From sequence record LR535912.1: 33,000 bases of DNA; one strand, 5' to 3'. Position 1 is the first letter of the stretch. Every line of letters starts with the position of its first letter. The notes beneath the pieces were generated by a model. It was not told where the DNA came from. It was given only the letters and a program-made list of their open reading frames with translations, and searched no databases. Below are positions 1 through 11,708 of the stretch, one piece after another. The position numbers and the translations under genes were made by a program.

Positions 1-8
1 TTTGCGAA

Positions 9-428
9 AGTTGCCGACGATATCGTTGACCAGTCAGTAAAAGATTTGGGAGAAAGCTGGTTAATCGACCCGGTAAATAAACTCTCTGAGTTGTTGCCGT
101 TTCTGAATGCGAAATACGGCTTGTCTTTATACGACCGTATCGAAATGGAAATTCTGTTCAGGAACGTAATACCGGTAGTCGTTGCCGATACACGTGTGCT
201 CTTATACGGGTTGAACGGCAAGGGCTACAAAGGCAACGTTACGCTCGAATGGGAGCAGGTTGCAACTGGCTTCCCTGAGTCTGTCCAAACGCCTGGCGCT
301 GACCGGAAGAAAGAGATGTTGTTAGATGCTATTAACCGACAGAACGGATTAACGGCCAATCCACTCACAGCCTCAACCTACACTTTAACAACTAGGAGGG
401 TATAGGTGTCTATTTACGATAAGCCCTC
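9..428 (+). CDS. Virion/tail structural protein of a phiKZ-like repeat family, N-terminal part (continues beyond the window)
   Basis: RBS AGGAGG, GTG 406. Reordered: MSIYDKPSKEMLLDAINRQNGLTANPLTWEQVATGFPESVQTPGADRNTRVLLYGLNGKGYKGNVTLEYDRIEMEILFRNVIPVVVADPVNKLSELLPFLNAKYGLSLVADDIVD. The LLxAINxxN...NT...YxG...YDR...LNxKYGL pattern is typical of jumbo-phage tail-associated proteins (recalled as DUF7941-like, unverified). Confidence 0.8.
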
Positions 429-1208
429 ACGGCGTTCGCGAAAGTCGTGTCAGTGCAACTGACCGATAAATGTACGAACTTCCAGGGCAACCTGCGTGGT
501 GCCACTGTCGTATTCGACGGCGTACCTGCAGACTTGCCGGGAGCAAATATCGAACTCAACAAATGTGTTCCTGAGATTTGGGTAGCTGAAGATACCCCAT
601 CCCCGTATATCTCTCGTTTCCTGAGCCTCTTAGCGGTCGGTATCGAGGTAGATGACACGGCGTTGGCACACCAGGACATCCAGTTGGGTCAGGCGTATAT
701 CTATTCGCGTGACATCGATTGTAGCCACGCTACACCTCTGGCAGAAGTAGTAACCAATACAGAGTTGAGCGGTCTTCTGTACCCGGATGTCGTTGCTGTT
801 GAAACTTCCCACGAGTGGCGAAGTCAAGCGGTCATCGAGCTGAAACCTAATCTGTCTATCTTACCTGAGGATATCGAAGATAACCCCATTGATGGACAGA
901 CGCACACATTTGGAGACGAGGACGTGCAAACCACGCACGACTTACTCGCGGCGATTAACGAGCGTTTTCAAGTGATTGTGGACTACCATCGTCGTCCATT
1001 AGAGGACTACCTTAAAGGCGATGTTGCCGTAGACGGTCGTGATTCGGAGGTAGTCCTTACCTCAAAAATGCGCGGTGATGAAGGTACGAAGATAAGCCCA
1101 CCGCTTACCTTTGACGATGTTGATATCGGACTGCCGGAGGTTGTGTCAGTTAACGCGATGTCTTTTACTTCAAAACAGAATCTGCTAAAACTCATCAACG
1201 AAGAGAAT
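369..1208 (+). CDS. Virion/tail structural protein, same family (~265 aa)
   Basis: ATG 1158, stop TAG 393-395. MSFTSKQNLLKLINEENKISPPLTFDDVDIGLPEVVSVDGRDSEVVLT...DYHRRPLEDYL...DLLAAINERFNLSILPEDIED...NLRGATVVFDG...KCTNFQGSLNLHFNN. Confidence 0.8.
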
Positions 1209-1268
1209 CTTTTAATATGCTGGCAGGGGGTCTAAAAATCTTACGACCTCAATAATCCCTTAACTCGA

Positions 1269-1388
1269 TCTTTTTTGTTTCCTTTTCTTTTTTTGTTTGC
1301 TCTTGTTCGGATTCTGGTACGCACTACGTTCGTCTATCCTGAATGGGAACTGCCGAAGTCGTGAAGAAAAGGGAGCTTCGGCTCCCCT
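1269..1388 (+). terminator. Rho-independent terminator (split by a block junction)
   Basis: GGGAGC-TTCG-GCTCCC at 1371-1386; its U-tract TCTTTTTTG is at 1269, the next block in true order. Confidence 0.8.
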
Positions 1389-1808
1389 GATAAGATTTCT
1401 GATCTTGTCCAGGAACTCTACAAACACTACAAAGAACACAATGGAAACTCTTATTCGTGGAACGACTTCCCGCACTTTTGCTGGGATAGTTGGTTTCAAG
1501 AGTGCGGGTATGAACTGCAGAAGGGCTATTGGTGGTATGTCAGTTGGGAAGCTTTCAATGACAAGGTAGATGTCAAATGGATTATCGTGGTATACGAAAC
1601 GTCTAGTGGGTATAAGTTCTGGGATGCCACGGACTACACGTTCGACGCCACTGACCATGCATTCGGTATCTGCGACGAAGGGACGAACCATGCTCTGATG
1701 CCGAAGGGTGCACGTATTCGGATAAACAACAAAAACAAACCCTATAAGTAATCGACGATTGAGGATAAAGTCGTGAACGTAATCAAAAAGCTGAACGGCG
1801 ATACTTTC
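1329..1808 (+). CDS. Hypothetical protein, aromatic-rich (~143 aa)
   Basis: GTG 1773 after GAGG, stop TGA 1362-1364. MNVIKKLNGDTFHALMPKGARIRINNKNKPYKTDYTFDATDH...GYWWYVSWEAF...FVYPEWELPKS. Confidence 0.7.
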
Positions 1809-2048
1809 GTTGAAGTAACCTACGGTGTTAAAGACCGCCCAAAGAATAACGGCCTCGTGTGGGTCTGTGCAGCAGAAGCCAAAGCTTTCATGAAAACAAT
1901 GAAAGACGGCGATAAAATGATTGACAATATTGTTGAAACCACCGCCAAACATAAGCCTGACATGATTGACCTGCTTCTGAAAATGTCTAATCTACAAAAA
2001 AAGGAATATCCCATGCGCAACCTCTTCTCCAAATCTGAAATCAAACCT
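1749..2048 (+). CDS. Hypothetical protein (~72 aa)
   Basis: AAGGA RBS, ATG 2013, stop TAA 1749-1751. MRNLFSKSEIKPIVETTAKHKPDMIDLLLKMS... Confidence 0.65.
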
Positions 2049-2588
2049 TTTAGAAAAAGAAGTACACTAATAATAACCCGGCGGGCAAAGTCCCGCCAAT
2101 CAACCTGCCAGCCCATTCAGTCTTGAATTCGAAAACCGCGCGGTTGCCTTAGCAACACATCGCCTGCGTCGTGATTATCGTCGTCAAGTTGTCTCTGACG
2201 ATATCGTAAAAAAATACATGGCACAAATTAGACGTGGCATGGAAATCGAATACGATGAACTTCCTACTAGCAGCTTTGCTGAAATGATCCCCCTAGGTGA
2301 AGCCGGCGATGTAATGTTTAACGACATGGTTGCTTCGTACTACATCAAGATTATCGCTAACGCCAAAGAAGCCACGTTCCAGACCACAGAGCCTACTCGC
2401 GACGAGTTAATCGTGATGGCGGCCAACAAACAAGACCCTAGCGAATTCACTACTGAGGTCTTCGAAGACATTCTGAATAACGAACTTACTAAGTACGCTA
2501 GCAAAAACCCGATTATGATTTCTTTCCTTGAGAGTTAACCATTAACTCTTATCTAATCGACCATTATCTTAAGGAGTTTTAACATGTA
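2049..2588 (+). CDS. Hypothetical putative early protein (~148 aa)
   Basis: TAAGGAG RBS, ATG 2584, stop 2068-2070; first gene after the promoter at 2626. MYILNNELTKYASKNPIMISFLIVMAANKQDPSEF... Confidence 0.75.
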
Positions 2589-2708
2589 GGGTTTCTTCTT
2601 TTTTTGTCTAGTCCGATTACAATTATTTTCAGATATATATTACTTAGGCTTGAGAGGCACTTATCCCAAAAGCGGTCAATAAAGCAGCACCCTACTCCTT
2701 CGGGAGTA
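2589..2708 (+). terminator. Rho-independent terminator (split)
   Basis: Reordered: ACCCTACTCC-TTCG-GGAGTA|GGGT-TTCTTCTTTTTTT; the 10-bp stem and U-tract form only after joining 2708 to 2589. Confidence 0.9.
2626..2643 (+). promoter_or_regulatory. Putative phage early promoter (TTTTCAGATATATATTAC)
   Basis: Contains TATATTAC, the phiKZ early-promoter core; near-identical copy at 22216; lies between a terminator and an RBS in true order. Confidence 0.7.
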
Positions 2709-3188
2709 GAGCAAGTTTCTGCTACAGTAGCAGCCCGGAAACTCTTACGCGATTACGTGGCCGATTGAATTAGCGTTTTCTTAGACAAACTAAAACGTTT
2801 TAATGGTATCGGCATTAACGCTAATAAACCTGGCCGCGAACAACTTTATTTTCTGCGTAAGTTCCCACGCCCTATGCCGAAAGAAAACAAGAAACCCTAC
2901 CGTGATATCTTCCGTACACTGAAAGCGTGCTGGGTACTCAGTTGGGTGACTCAACTCCAGGCAATGGTTGAAGACCGTTGTCAGTTAAAAGGGGACTTCT
3001 TTCAAGAGCTCTACGTGGGTAAACACCGTAGTCGACTCATCACCTGGTCGGCAATGGCCAACGTAGCCAAAAGATTACAGTTTGTCAAAATAGTACATCC
3101 GGAGTCCCGTCGTGTTACAGGTGGACGTGTACATCCGTAATGTCGCAACCCCTTAAGGAGTATTAAAATGTTAAAGCCACGCAAACAG
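2709..3188 (+). CDS. Hypothetical basic protein (~146 aa)
   Basis: TAAGGAG RBS, ATG 3168, stop TGA 2766-2768. MLKPRKQKRLQFVKIVHPESRRVTGGRLYVGKHRSR... Confidence 0.7.
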
Positions 3189-3548
3189 ATCACGACGTCA
3201 CCCATGCTTGCTAAGCTTGATGTGTCCGATCTGAGAGAAATGTTAACTAAAGCATTTAACAAACCATTTCCACATGAGGCGTACCGAGTACAGCCTCGTT
3301 GCGCACACCCACCTTTAAAAAGGACATTGGCCAAACGTGCGATGGAGAAACGCCGACGCGACCAGATAGAGTATCAAGAGAACCAGCTAATCGTCGATGT
3401 TATCATTCTCGGTTTAGCAGCGAAGTGGGTCGTGTTCCAGCAGGGACGCGCACGACTCTATAAAGGTAAGAAACTTATTGGTACATTTATTTCCGTAGTC
3501 ACGGTTTCGAGGTAAAAGATGAGTAAAATGAACACGAAACGAACGTCA
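3129..3548 (+). CDS. Hypothetical protein (~110 aa)
   Basis: ATG 3528, stop TAA 3138-3140. MNTKRTSVVFQQGRARLYKGKKLIGTF... Confidence 0.6.
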
Positions 3549-3968
3549 TCCTTGAGTTACTCTATGAAAAACTCTCCTGTGTAGGTAAACGTTCTGCAGC
3601 CATCGAGTTAGGATGGAACCTGGGTGCCCTAATCTATTTCATAGAGCAACGTTGGGAACCAAAAACACGGAAACTCGAAGACGAGCTACGGGATGCCCGA
3701 CGAGATGCGGATCTGCGTGACAAGATGTAATCTTTCGAAGAACGCCGTAAGCTTACACGACTACTTTCTGAGGAACAGTCTAAGAACCTCAGCCTATCAA
3801 AGACTGAGTTAGAAATTTCGAAAGAAGCGTGGAAGAGAAATCTTGATGTCGGCCTGTTTCAGGAGAAAAAACAATTGCGCCGCCAATTAGAAATACTGGA
3901 ATTGGAACGTTATCGTTAGCAGAAGTTCGTAACAGAATCGATAGGGCTATTGCAAGGAGAAAACATGT
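3489..3968 (+). CDS. Hypothetical coiled-coil protein (~133 aa)
   Basis: AGGAG RBS, ATG 3965. MFGLFQEKKQLRRQLEILELELSLSKTELEISKEAWKRNLDESFEERRKLTRLL... Confidence 0.7.
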
Positions 3969-4328
3969 AATGCGAAATGTGCGTTATACATTGCACAAGG
4001 AGGCCGCAATGGATTTTAAGTGGGAACTGTACGCGTTCCACGAACGCTCGGTGGGGTGATGATACTTATCGCTAATATCGAAGCACTCGAAATCGCGTTC
4101 CTGGGTGATGAATATTGTGTCCGCACGCAAGGACGTGAATACGAAGCAGACTATCAAACCGCAGATATGTTGCTGCAGTCATTTGTGCCGCTACGCGCTG
4201 AGTATTACCAGGGATTGACCATTCACGAGATTCAGAAATATTTACTCGAGGGCGGGAAACTGACTGACACGTACCACCTGAACTGTTATTAATCGACCAT
4301 GAAGGAGAAGCCGGTGTCTATTTCATTA
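3969..4328 (+). CDS. Hypothetical protein (~101 aa)
   Basis: AAGGAG RBS, GTG 4314. MSISLQGLTIHEIQKYLLEGGKLTDDYQTADMLL... Confidence 0.6.
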
Positions 4329-4688
4329 CCAGAGAGTTCTGTCAGCGATTGTATAGCGCGATGGAGGAGTCCGCACCCATCGACTATGAGTTTTATCATC
4401 CTAATACACCGCATGTCAGACACGTGTCAAGAGGGCACCTGGAAACTTACCGATACGGGCCAAGAGAACTATGTCTATGGTTTGTCGAGTTAGCGATAAC
4501 CTACGGCGGTTATCGTGATTTACCGCATTACAACAAGATGTTTGATGTTGGGGTGATAAAGTTTTATACCATAGACGTAGCTATCTCTATCGAGCTTCAA
4601 CGCATCGGTGTAGGTACACTAAAACTTCAGCATCAACGAATATACCGGATTTAACTGATCGGTAGATAAGGGTAATTGATAATGTTAA
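4209..4688 (+). CDS. Hypothetical protein (~141 aa)
   Basis: ATG 4682. MLTIDVAISIELQRIGVGTLKLRYRDLPHYNKMFDVGVIKFYNRYGPRELCLWFVE... Confidence 0.55.
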
Positions 4689-5048
4689 CGTGCTGATAAC
4701 GATCCACGTAAAGTTGCACTGACGCCAGGCGTGTATATCAAGGACGGTTATGCATCGCGCGAAATGGAGCGCTTAGTCAACGAGTGGAACGTTCAGTGTA
4801 ACGGCGAGAGCGTGCTTCACGCAACGCATCTGGGTGAGGCCAGCGAGCTGGTTACAGACGTGCGCCTAGCAAAAGCAGCGTTAGAACTTAACAAAATCCT
4901 GCTCGCTAAACTCTACGGCCTGGAGAATCATCAGCTGACGTTACTGAACGCAGACATAGATGGACAACGTCAAGGGTACGCGCTCGTTAGACTAATGGAA
5001 ACACCACCGAACACCGATTTAGCACTGGCTATCGAGCACATGAAAAAT
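4629..5048 (+). CDS. Hypothetical protein (~127 aa)
   Basis: ATG 4995 overlapping the upstream stop. METPPNTDLALAIEHMKNHQLTLLNADIDGQRQGY... Confidence 0.65.
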
Positions 5049-5408
5049 AAAAGATACCAGGAGTGCGTACGACGAGATGTTAGAAGAATTTAGTAAACGT
5101 GAGGATAATGGTCACTACCATCTTACGTCCCCTGCGCGGCGTGCCTATGACGCGGCCGTTCAGGGATTCGTTAATGCGAGTAGGCTCTGCACGCACATAA
5201 GTCGCTGTCACGACATTATCGAACGTATCGCTATCCGTCGTGTACAGGCCGATAACTTGCAGTTAAGACACGACCTCGCGAAACTGGGACTTGCGCTGAT
5301 TAACAAGCGACAAAAACAACTGTACGAAGAAAACCGAGAATTAGCTGCTACGAAAACCATAACGTTATCTATCTGAAGCGTTAAGGGGGACAGGATGATG
5401 AACTGGTT
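4989..5408 (+). CDS. Hypothetical coiled-coil protein (~106 aa)
   Basis: ATG 5395. MMNWLLALINKRQKQLYEENRELAAAIRRVQADNLQLRHDL... Confidence 0.65.
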
Positions 5409-5948
5409 GACATGAAAATCGCCGATCGTCCGAGACATTACTGGGAATTTTCCTGGGTAGACGCGAAGGAGCTGCAGAGCATCGTAGAGGTGCTCAGACA
5501 GGTACCTATGGACGGTATACTGGAACTGGTAGCGACGCCTGCGCGTTTGGAGCGTTATCTGGAGCTAATCCACGACCGGCCTCGTAACCCACGCACACCA
5601 AACTTCCTTTACCTGCACGACGATGATAAACGTACTCATATTCGCACTATCAAGCAACTGTCTGATTATCAGCCTGGTCCGTATATCGGTACTTGGCACT
5701 GGTACGTTCTGTTCCCTCGCGACGAATGGGACATCTGGTATTTCCGTTGTTCGTCGGTATTAAATGCACCGGAAGTATTGGCTGCGGGGGATATTAGTAT
5801 CGACCCATTGAAAGTGAAAGTCGCAGAAAATATTATCATGAACCTGTATACCAAACGGGAACGTAACGTTTTAGAATCGGGCGTTGCCACGTTGGCCGAA
5901 TACTGGGCTAAACAGTAAGCTATTTTAAATCCTAAGGAGCATTAAGTG
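5349..5948 (+). CDS. Hypothetical protein (~172 aa)
   Basis: TAAGGAG RBS, GTG 5946. MNIIMNLYTKRERNVLESGVAPEVLAAGDISIDPLKV... Confidence 0.7.
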
Positions 5949-6248
5949 CTTGAACTGTACCGGTTGCGTAAAATGGGCATTCATGCTCGCATCGGTAAAG
6001 GTGACCAATTAGACGATTGCCTTAAGAGTCCAACGGACGTAAATCTTATCAAACTAAACACCATGTCCCTGTACGACTACCCAGAAGGTAAAGTTCCGCA
6101 AGAGGCGCTGGATAAATTCGTTAATGTAATCGGTGAAGCTGTAAAACAGTTGTCGAATATCGACGGTTACACCTTTAAAGTGATAACAAGAGTAATCGGT
6201 GTTGCCAGACCAATGCGTCTCAATAGGACGCCGATGATAAATCGTGAT
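5889..6248 (+). CDS. Hypothetical protein (~101 aa)
   Basis: ATG 6213, stop TAA 5916-5918; frame is open after reordering. Confidence 0.6.
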
Positions 6249-6608
6249 TGAATAACCTGGATGTCCCCGCGGCATCCACTGTAAGTGGTTTGGGGGTGGT
6301 CAATGAGTAATTGCGCAATAACCCTAGTCCTGAAACCGCGGCGAAGATGAACAAGCTGTCGTTATGGAGCCGTGGTGCTTTCTACGGCAGTCAAATACTG
6401 GCAACCCAGTATGCGATGGCTTTAAGTGCTGTTAAAGAACTTAACCAAGCAAACAATTTCGATGCACGATTCGAAGCGCTGCCTGTAAGTCAGGCAACTG
6501 ACCTTGAAGGCGACGGTGAACTTCGAATGCAGGAAGCCATTCTGAGCACTTATGTCATGTATTAAGGAGCACTTAAAATGTCTAAAGTCTATCACATTGC
6601 GGTATTGC
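6189..6608 (+). CDS. Hypothetical putative early protein (~110 aa)
   Basis: TAAGGAG RBS, ATG 6578, first gene after the promoter at 6616. MSKVYHIAVLRQATDLEGDGELRMQEAILS... Confidence 0.7.
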
Positions 6609-6615
6609 TATTTTA

Positions 6616-6632
6616 TTTCAGATAGATGTTAT
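6616..6632 (+). promoter_or_regulatory. Putative phage promoter variant (TTTCAGATAGATGTTAT)
   Basis: Variant of the 2626/22216 motif; directly after a terminator in true order; a matching copy is split at 15954-15968+15849. Confidence 0.6.
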
Positions 6633-6668
6633 CTCAGTGAACCTCTGAAATTTACGTTTCAATCAGAG

Positions 6669-9600
6669 CGATCCGCTCGAAACTAATTAAGTGTATACCA
6701 GCTATCCTTCGGGGTGGCTGGTACGCTTTGACTTGGCAATCCCCGACCACACAACAGCCTCGCTCGATATAACGTTTACTATCCCAGAGCGCGCAATCGG
6801 GTTGTATCTCCTCTATAAAGAACACGGCGCGGGACATGATATTTATCGATGGGCAAATCCCACCACGGATAACGGTCAGGCTTTTGGGTTTTATACTGGA
6901 GAAGCGATGGGTGATAACTTCACTGTCACCGACATTCCTGGGAAAGCCATTAACGGTGCCTGGTCTCCAATGGCCGGTTGTACGGTGGATGGGTTAGACC
7001 GAATTATGGATATGGGAATGAAGGAGATAGAGAATGATTTCACAGCACATATGTGTGCGCTCTGGATAGCAGGCAGTGCTTACGCAGCCCGCTTTGACAA
7101 CCACACCCCGAATGAATTCCCTACGGCACCAAATAAACCGGTATGGGTTCCACCTGAGCTAGTAGTGTACGTTGAAAATTGGGCTAAGTGGCTCGTAGGG
7201 TTCTTAGAACGCGCGTATAACGCCGCTGCGCGTTGTTGGTACGAATTAGTTGTGCGTGGTAAAGAGGTGGCAGATACGTGGACAACGTTCCATTGGGGAG
7301 ATGGACATCCGTGGGCAGGTTATCAGCCGTTAGGTCCAGGTTGTGCGGCGTATATTTGGAACCGTTGGGATAACTACACTTACGGACCCTTAAATCAGAT
7401 TCGGTTTATGCACGATTCACAAACCAACTACCAGGCGCAGCTAGGTGATGGCTATCAGTATCCGTTTATGTACACCATACACACCGATGATCGCTACAAA
7501 GTCTGGCTCTCGAACATTTATACGGAAGGAACGTATCAGCTAGGTGCATGGCACGGGATGCCGTATCCTTGTACGATAAAAGATTACCGTCTTGACTCGC
7601 TCGCGTATTGTCCAGGTACGATACCGTTGACGTTAACGTTCCGTATTGTAATTCGGGGAGGTTCTGCATTTACGGGTAAAGTGGGCGAGCACTTTAGCTG
7701 GTATTGCGTAAACGATGTTCCGCCACTGTTTAATGGAGACGATGGTTGGCCAAACTATACAACTATCGATCAGGTAACCATACTGCCCGATTCGGCTGTG
7801 GAGAATGCCGCAACACTCTCGGGCTATCAACCTGACCACGATACCGACGTCGAACCAAAACCGGCTGCGTGGTGGATGTTGCCCGCGACTAACGGGGAAT
7901 GGAAACAGGTTATTATTCGCCCTGAAGATGTCTATCGTGCCGATGCTGATTTCAACTTCCGTTTCGAAGATACCGACAAGTGGCGTTGTGCGGGTTTCAT
8001 TATCGGTTTCTGGTTAACCGATGCCGGCGTTGCACCCCCGCAGTCAATGAACAACATTTACGATGGTCGTTCAGGCACAATCGTAGAAGCGTTATTCCCG
8101 AACGACGACATTGCCGATGCGCGAGCATGTTCGGACTACGGTGGGTGTACGTGGCAGGAGAAGTTTGATGACATCGATTTAGGGCATCTGGCCAGAATGA
8201 CCAATCCGGCCAACGGCGAAGATTACATAGAAGTAAACTGGTACGGCTGTACGCTTCCGGGATCAACATCGATGGAAGTAGAACAGCACGGTGATGCACT
8301 TGCGTGTAAAGTGATGGTGGATATTAACCCCGTCAAAGCGGATACTGAGCGTTTCAGGATAAACAGTCAATCGAAGTTACGTGTGACGTATGGCGGTGTT
8401 TGCGACAATGGTGATATTGTGTTCCGTTCTGAGGAAGCTGTGCAGAACTTTATGGAACAGCAAGCCGTTATCTCGTACGACTATAAATACCCCAGCACTG
8501 TTGAGGTCGCTTACAGTCGTGATGAAAACGATGCGAAGGACAAGTTTTTCCGTCGTTCTAAGCTAGCCGAAACGCCATTTACAGATGGACCGCGCTATAA
8601 AGCCGCATTAGACTCTGTGTTCTATACAGCGCACGAGTACACGTATATGGCAGATGCGGAAGTGTGGTTTATTGATGCCTGTTATCTGCTCTGGCGTATC
8701 ACGGGTGAGTGGCACAACCGTCCGGTTCATACCCCGTTAAAAGGGTCTGTTAACCAGATGGGTAACGCTAACTACGCTTCCCAGGTACCTGTAGAGCACG
8801 GCGGATATTTGTTTGACCGCAATGAGCCTGATGCCCAGAAAGGAACCGTACAATTAAAGGACACTAGTATTAACGGTGTATATTTGATGTTTGTTGTGTG
8901 GACGGGTGAGAAGGTTCAAGACGGCGATGTCATCGAATCCGGTTTACCCGGATATACACCAATGTGGGGCGGTTCTACCTCGAAAGGTCCGCGGTACGAA
9001 CCTGACTGAGAGAAACCTTACGATGTAAAAGCGTGGGTGGACTGGAACACGATGCTAAACGACCCAACGGAATCGGAAGACGGGTTAATTGACTGGTCTA
9101 AAGTCCCTGATTACTTAATCGTCAATCCTTCTGCGCATCGTGGCCATCCTACTTGGGGTGCGGTTAATGCCGACGTACAGAAAATTAACGGGCGTTGCCA
9201 GATACCCCAAGGCGCACCATTCTTTGGTGAATATCTGAACAATTTCTTGGTGCATCCGACCGAGCCAACCCACGGTGGTTATAAGTGTGTACCGGTAACG
9301 TTTACGAAGCAACGTTGGATTTGTAACTGGCTAGTTAACGGTAAAGAGCCAGTGCTGGCAGACTATCCTCGTGCATGGGAAGCGTACGCTACCTACTATT
9401 ACGCAGGTCAGGCCATTCCTGAGTCACCTATTGGCTACTGTCACATGTACATTGCTACCAAAAACCAGATGTGGTTAGATGCGGCGATCTCCATGGCTGT
9501 GTATCAACCTAACGGTGACGCCACCACAGAAGGCCAATCGTTGCTGATAGACCATTATCTGATTAACCCAGAAGGGGTGCTATCTAATAACCGGCATTTC

Positions 9601-9728
9601 ATTGCTGAGGCTTACGGACATCAGGACTTTGTTCGCCGCAATACCGGTCTCACAAACGACGCCCACAAAGCCATGCGCAAATTTAAAATCTCTGCTAAAC
9701 GACATGCGTTGAACTATGCGATGTCGCT
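6669..9728 (+). CDS. Large tail-associated virion protein (~1005 aa) with a six-hairpin glycosidase (GH8-like) region
   Basis: ATG 9673, stop TAA 6688-6690. One open frame after reordering; the stop at 9007-9009 is a junction artefact. Motifs ATTEGQSLLIIGYCHMY and GNAADAEVWFIDACYLLWRITGEPRY resemble the GH8 SEGxGY and xDADxxIAxAL segments (inference). Confidence 0.75.
6696..6723 (+). terminator. Rho-independent terminator
   Basis: TACCAGCTATCC-TTCG-GGGTGGCTGGTA (12 bp with G-U pairs) just after the tail-gene stop at 6690; U-rich tract supplied by block 6609. Confidence 0.8.
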
Positions 9729-10208
9729 GTTGTCATCTACGGATGGCGGTACAACCTGGAAAGGGGCCATTTGCGGAACAGGATACTAATGGCCTAACGG
9801 TGCAGAACCTCCGTTATCGTACACGCTAGACGCCGAGGATGTGTTGTCATTACTGACGCTACGTCAGGGTACCGGTGCAAACAAAATCACCTGGCCGGCT
9901 TCGGTTAACACCACTGCGCTTTCTATCACACCTATTACCGACCCGGTTCCTGGTACGCGATATGAGTTCGGTGTCGTTGAAATAGATCCCAATATTGCGG
10001 ACGACTTCATCATCCGTTTAGGTGACCCCAGTGAAATCGGCGGTGGTGGGGCAGATGCAAACCCTATCCAAAACTTATCCGGTGCTGATGATAAGTCGAG
10101 CGCGGTAGCGCTTATCAGCGTTGATGAAAAGGAGTACAAACTTCCTCTATGCATAATGGCAACTGTAGTCAAAAAGAAACGTTTGCATGAACTCGATTCT
10201 TACAACGG
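9669..10208 (+). CDS. Small tail-fibre-type protein (~157 aa)
   Basis: ATG 10156. C-terminus LLTLRQGTGANKITWPASVKWPNGAEPPLSYTLDAEDVLSLSSTDGGTTWKG is a common phage tail-fibre terminal module. Confidence 0.75.
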
Positions 10209-10748
10209 GTCTGGATGAAGAAACTGTTTTATGCATCGGTGATGATGCAGTGTTAACCTACGGAGACGCACCGGCTTGGACGGCTACCTTTACATTCACG
10301 GCGTTTAATGAAAAAGAAGCTGTGGCAATCTCGACAGGGGTTATTACACCAACAAACGAGCCGTTGATTGCACCGATGAGTGACGATTATGCTGATTTAG
10401 CGACAGTTGTAAACCAGTTGTGCGGTTTAAACTTGTCACGTGAGGACACTAATAAGATTATCGACCCGCAAGGACCGATACTGGTTACTGTAGCTCCCGG
10501 CGACACCTTTGCAAAAGCACGTAAACCTAACGGTAAGAAGATTACCGTCTATTACGACCGTCTAGCTGTAAGCGGGGTAGGGCCTATCGACTTAGGTGTT
10601 GAAAGTGCCCGTACCACGCAAGCGTACATTGTCGTGGCGTTGATTAATCACGATAACGGCTTGTCATTATCGCCTGACGAGATTGTGATTCTGGAGGCGT
10701 TAATGGCAGACCGCTATCAGCCCGACCTAACACTCTCGTCGAAAGCGC
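10149..10748 (+). CDS. Virion/tail structural protein, same repeat family (~177 aa)
   Basis: GGAGG RBS, ATG 10703. ...SKALVVALINHDNGLSLSPDEIVISGVGP...ITVYYDRLA...VVNQLCGLNLSRED. Confidence 0.75.
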
Positions 10749-11228
10749 CACTAACACCGTACGAGTAGGCTACCACACGATCATATGTGTGGTAGCTTAT
10801 TTTTTTGTCAATCCATCGCGGATGAAATCGGACGTCGCGGGTTAACTGTAGTGCACAGCGCTACACTGATGGAGATGGTTGACCGCGGCTTACCTGAATT
10901 TGTAAAGGTGGGTTACGATAAGCTGTTGACAGAAGCTAAACGTTATTTAGAAGGCTGTTGTCAAGTTTTCCGTGAAGAAATCACCGAGGCGTTTATTGCA
11001 GAAGGTTACGCGATCGCCCTGAGTTATGCGCGGTATGTCGATGACGTGACCGCTTCACGTCTAGACGTAGCGGTTGAAGAACTCGACCCAGGGGTTTTCA
11101 TGAAGTATAATCAGGATATGGTTACGACTACACTGTTTTCTGAATCATTACGTAACTCTGTACGTCAGCACCGCACCCTAACTTTTTAAGGAGTCCTCGT
11201 GAAATTGATTATGCCTAAAACCGTTCCT
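10749..11228 (+). CDS. Hypothetical protein (~131 aa)
   Basis: TAAGGAG RBS, GTG 11199. MKLIMPKTVPNQDMVTTTLFSESLRNSVRQ... Confidence 0.65.
10769..10806 (+). terminator. Rho-independent terminator
   Basis: GCTACCACAC-GATCATAT-GTGTGGTAGC-TTATTTTTTT, intact within one block. Confidence 0.85.
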
Positions 11229-11348
11229 AGTTTACAGGGAATAAAGAAATGGCAGCTGGATTATTAGAATAACCGTGAATTTCCTTTGACGAACGTTTAG
11301 CAGTTTCAGATTACACCGTGAAGCAGGACGGGAACACTTTCACTCTCG

Positions 11349-11708
11349 CATGGGCGAGTTATCGTAAGGAGTATTGAAAATGTATTTAATTGCTACTGGC
11401 CATCACCCCCACTTGCTAGTTTCTTACCTTATTGAAATCGGTGAGTGGTTCGGTTATGAAGTAATTTATCTCCGCCAGGGCGAGGTCGTACTAATGTGCT
11501 ATTGCCCACCGGGGAAATTCTGTCATCGACGCTACCTGCAGAAGCTTAGTCGGTTGTTTGATGAAGACACTGATAAGTTGATAGAGATCTTTCTGATGGA
11601 CTACAAGAAGTCTGACAAAGGCCCCGACGCAGAAGCTGCGTATACCAATTTGCCAAAGCTGGATATAACGGTTAAGTCGGGGCTGAAATATTTGGCACCC
11701 GACTGGGA
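11349..11708 (+). CDS. DUF488/YeaO-like protein (~105 aa; start uncertain)
   Basis: Reordered: LDITVKSGLKYLAPDWDFLMDYKK...AAYTKRYLQKL...VVLMCYCPPGKFCHRHLLV; the CYC..GxFCHRHL motif is typical of this family. Confidence 0.6.

Noticed and set aside
1260-1320. Poly-T/low-complexity tract read as coding (ORFs 1260..1952 and 1297..1569)
   Set aside because: It is the U-tract and intergenic spacer of the terminator at 1371-1386.
4349-4654. GNAT motif A in ELQRIGVGT
   Set aside because: After reordering it lies at the extreme N-terminus with no motif B downstream.
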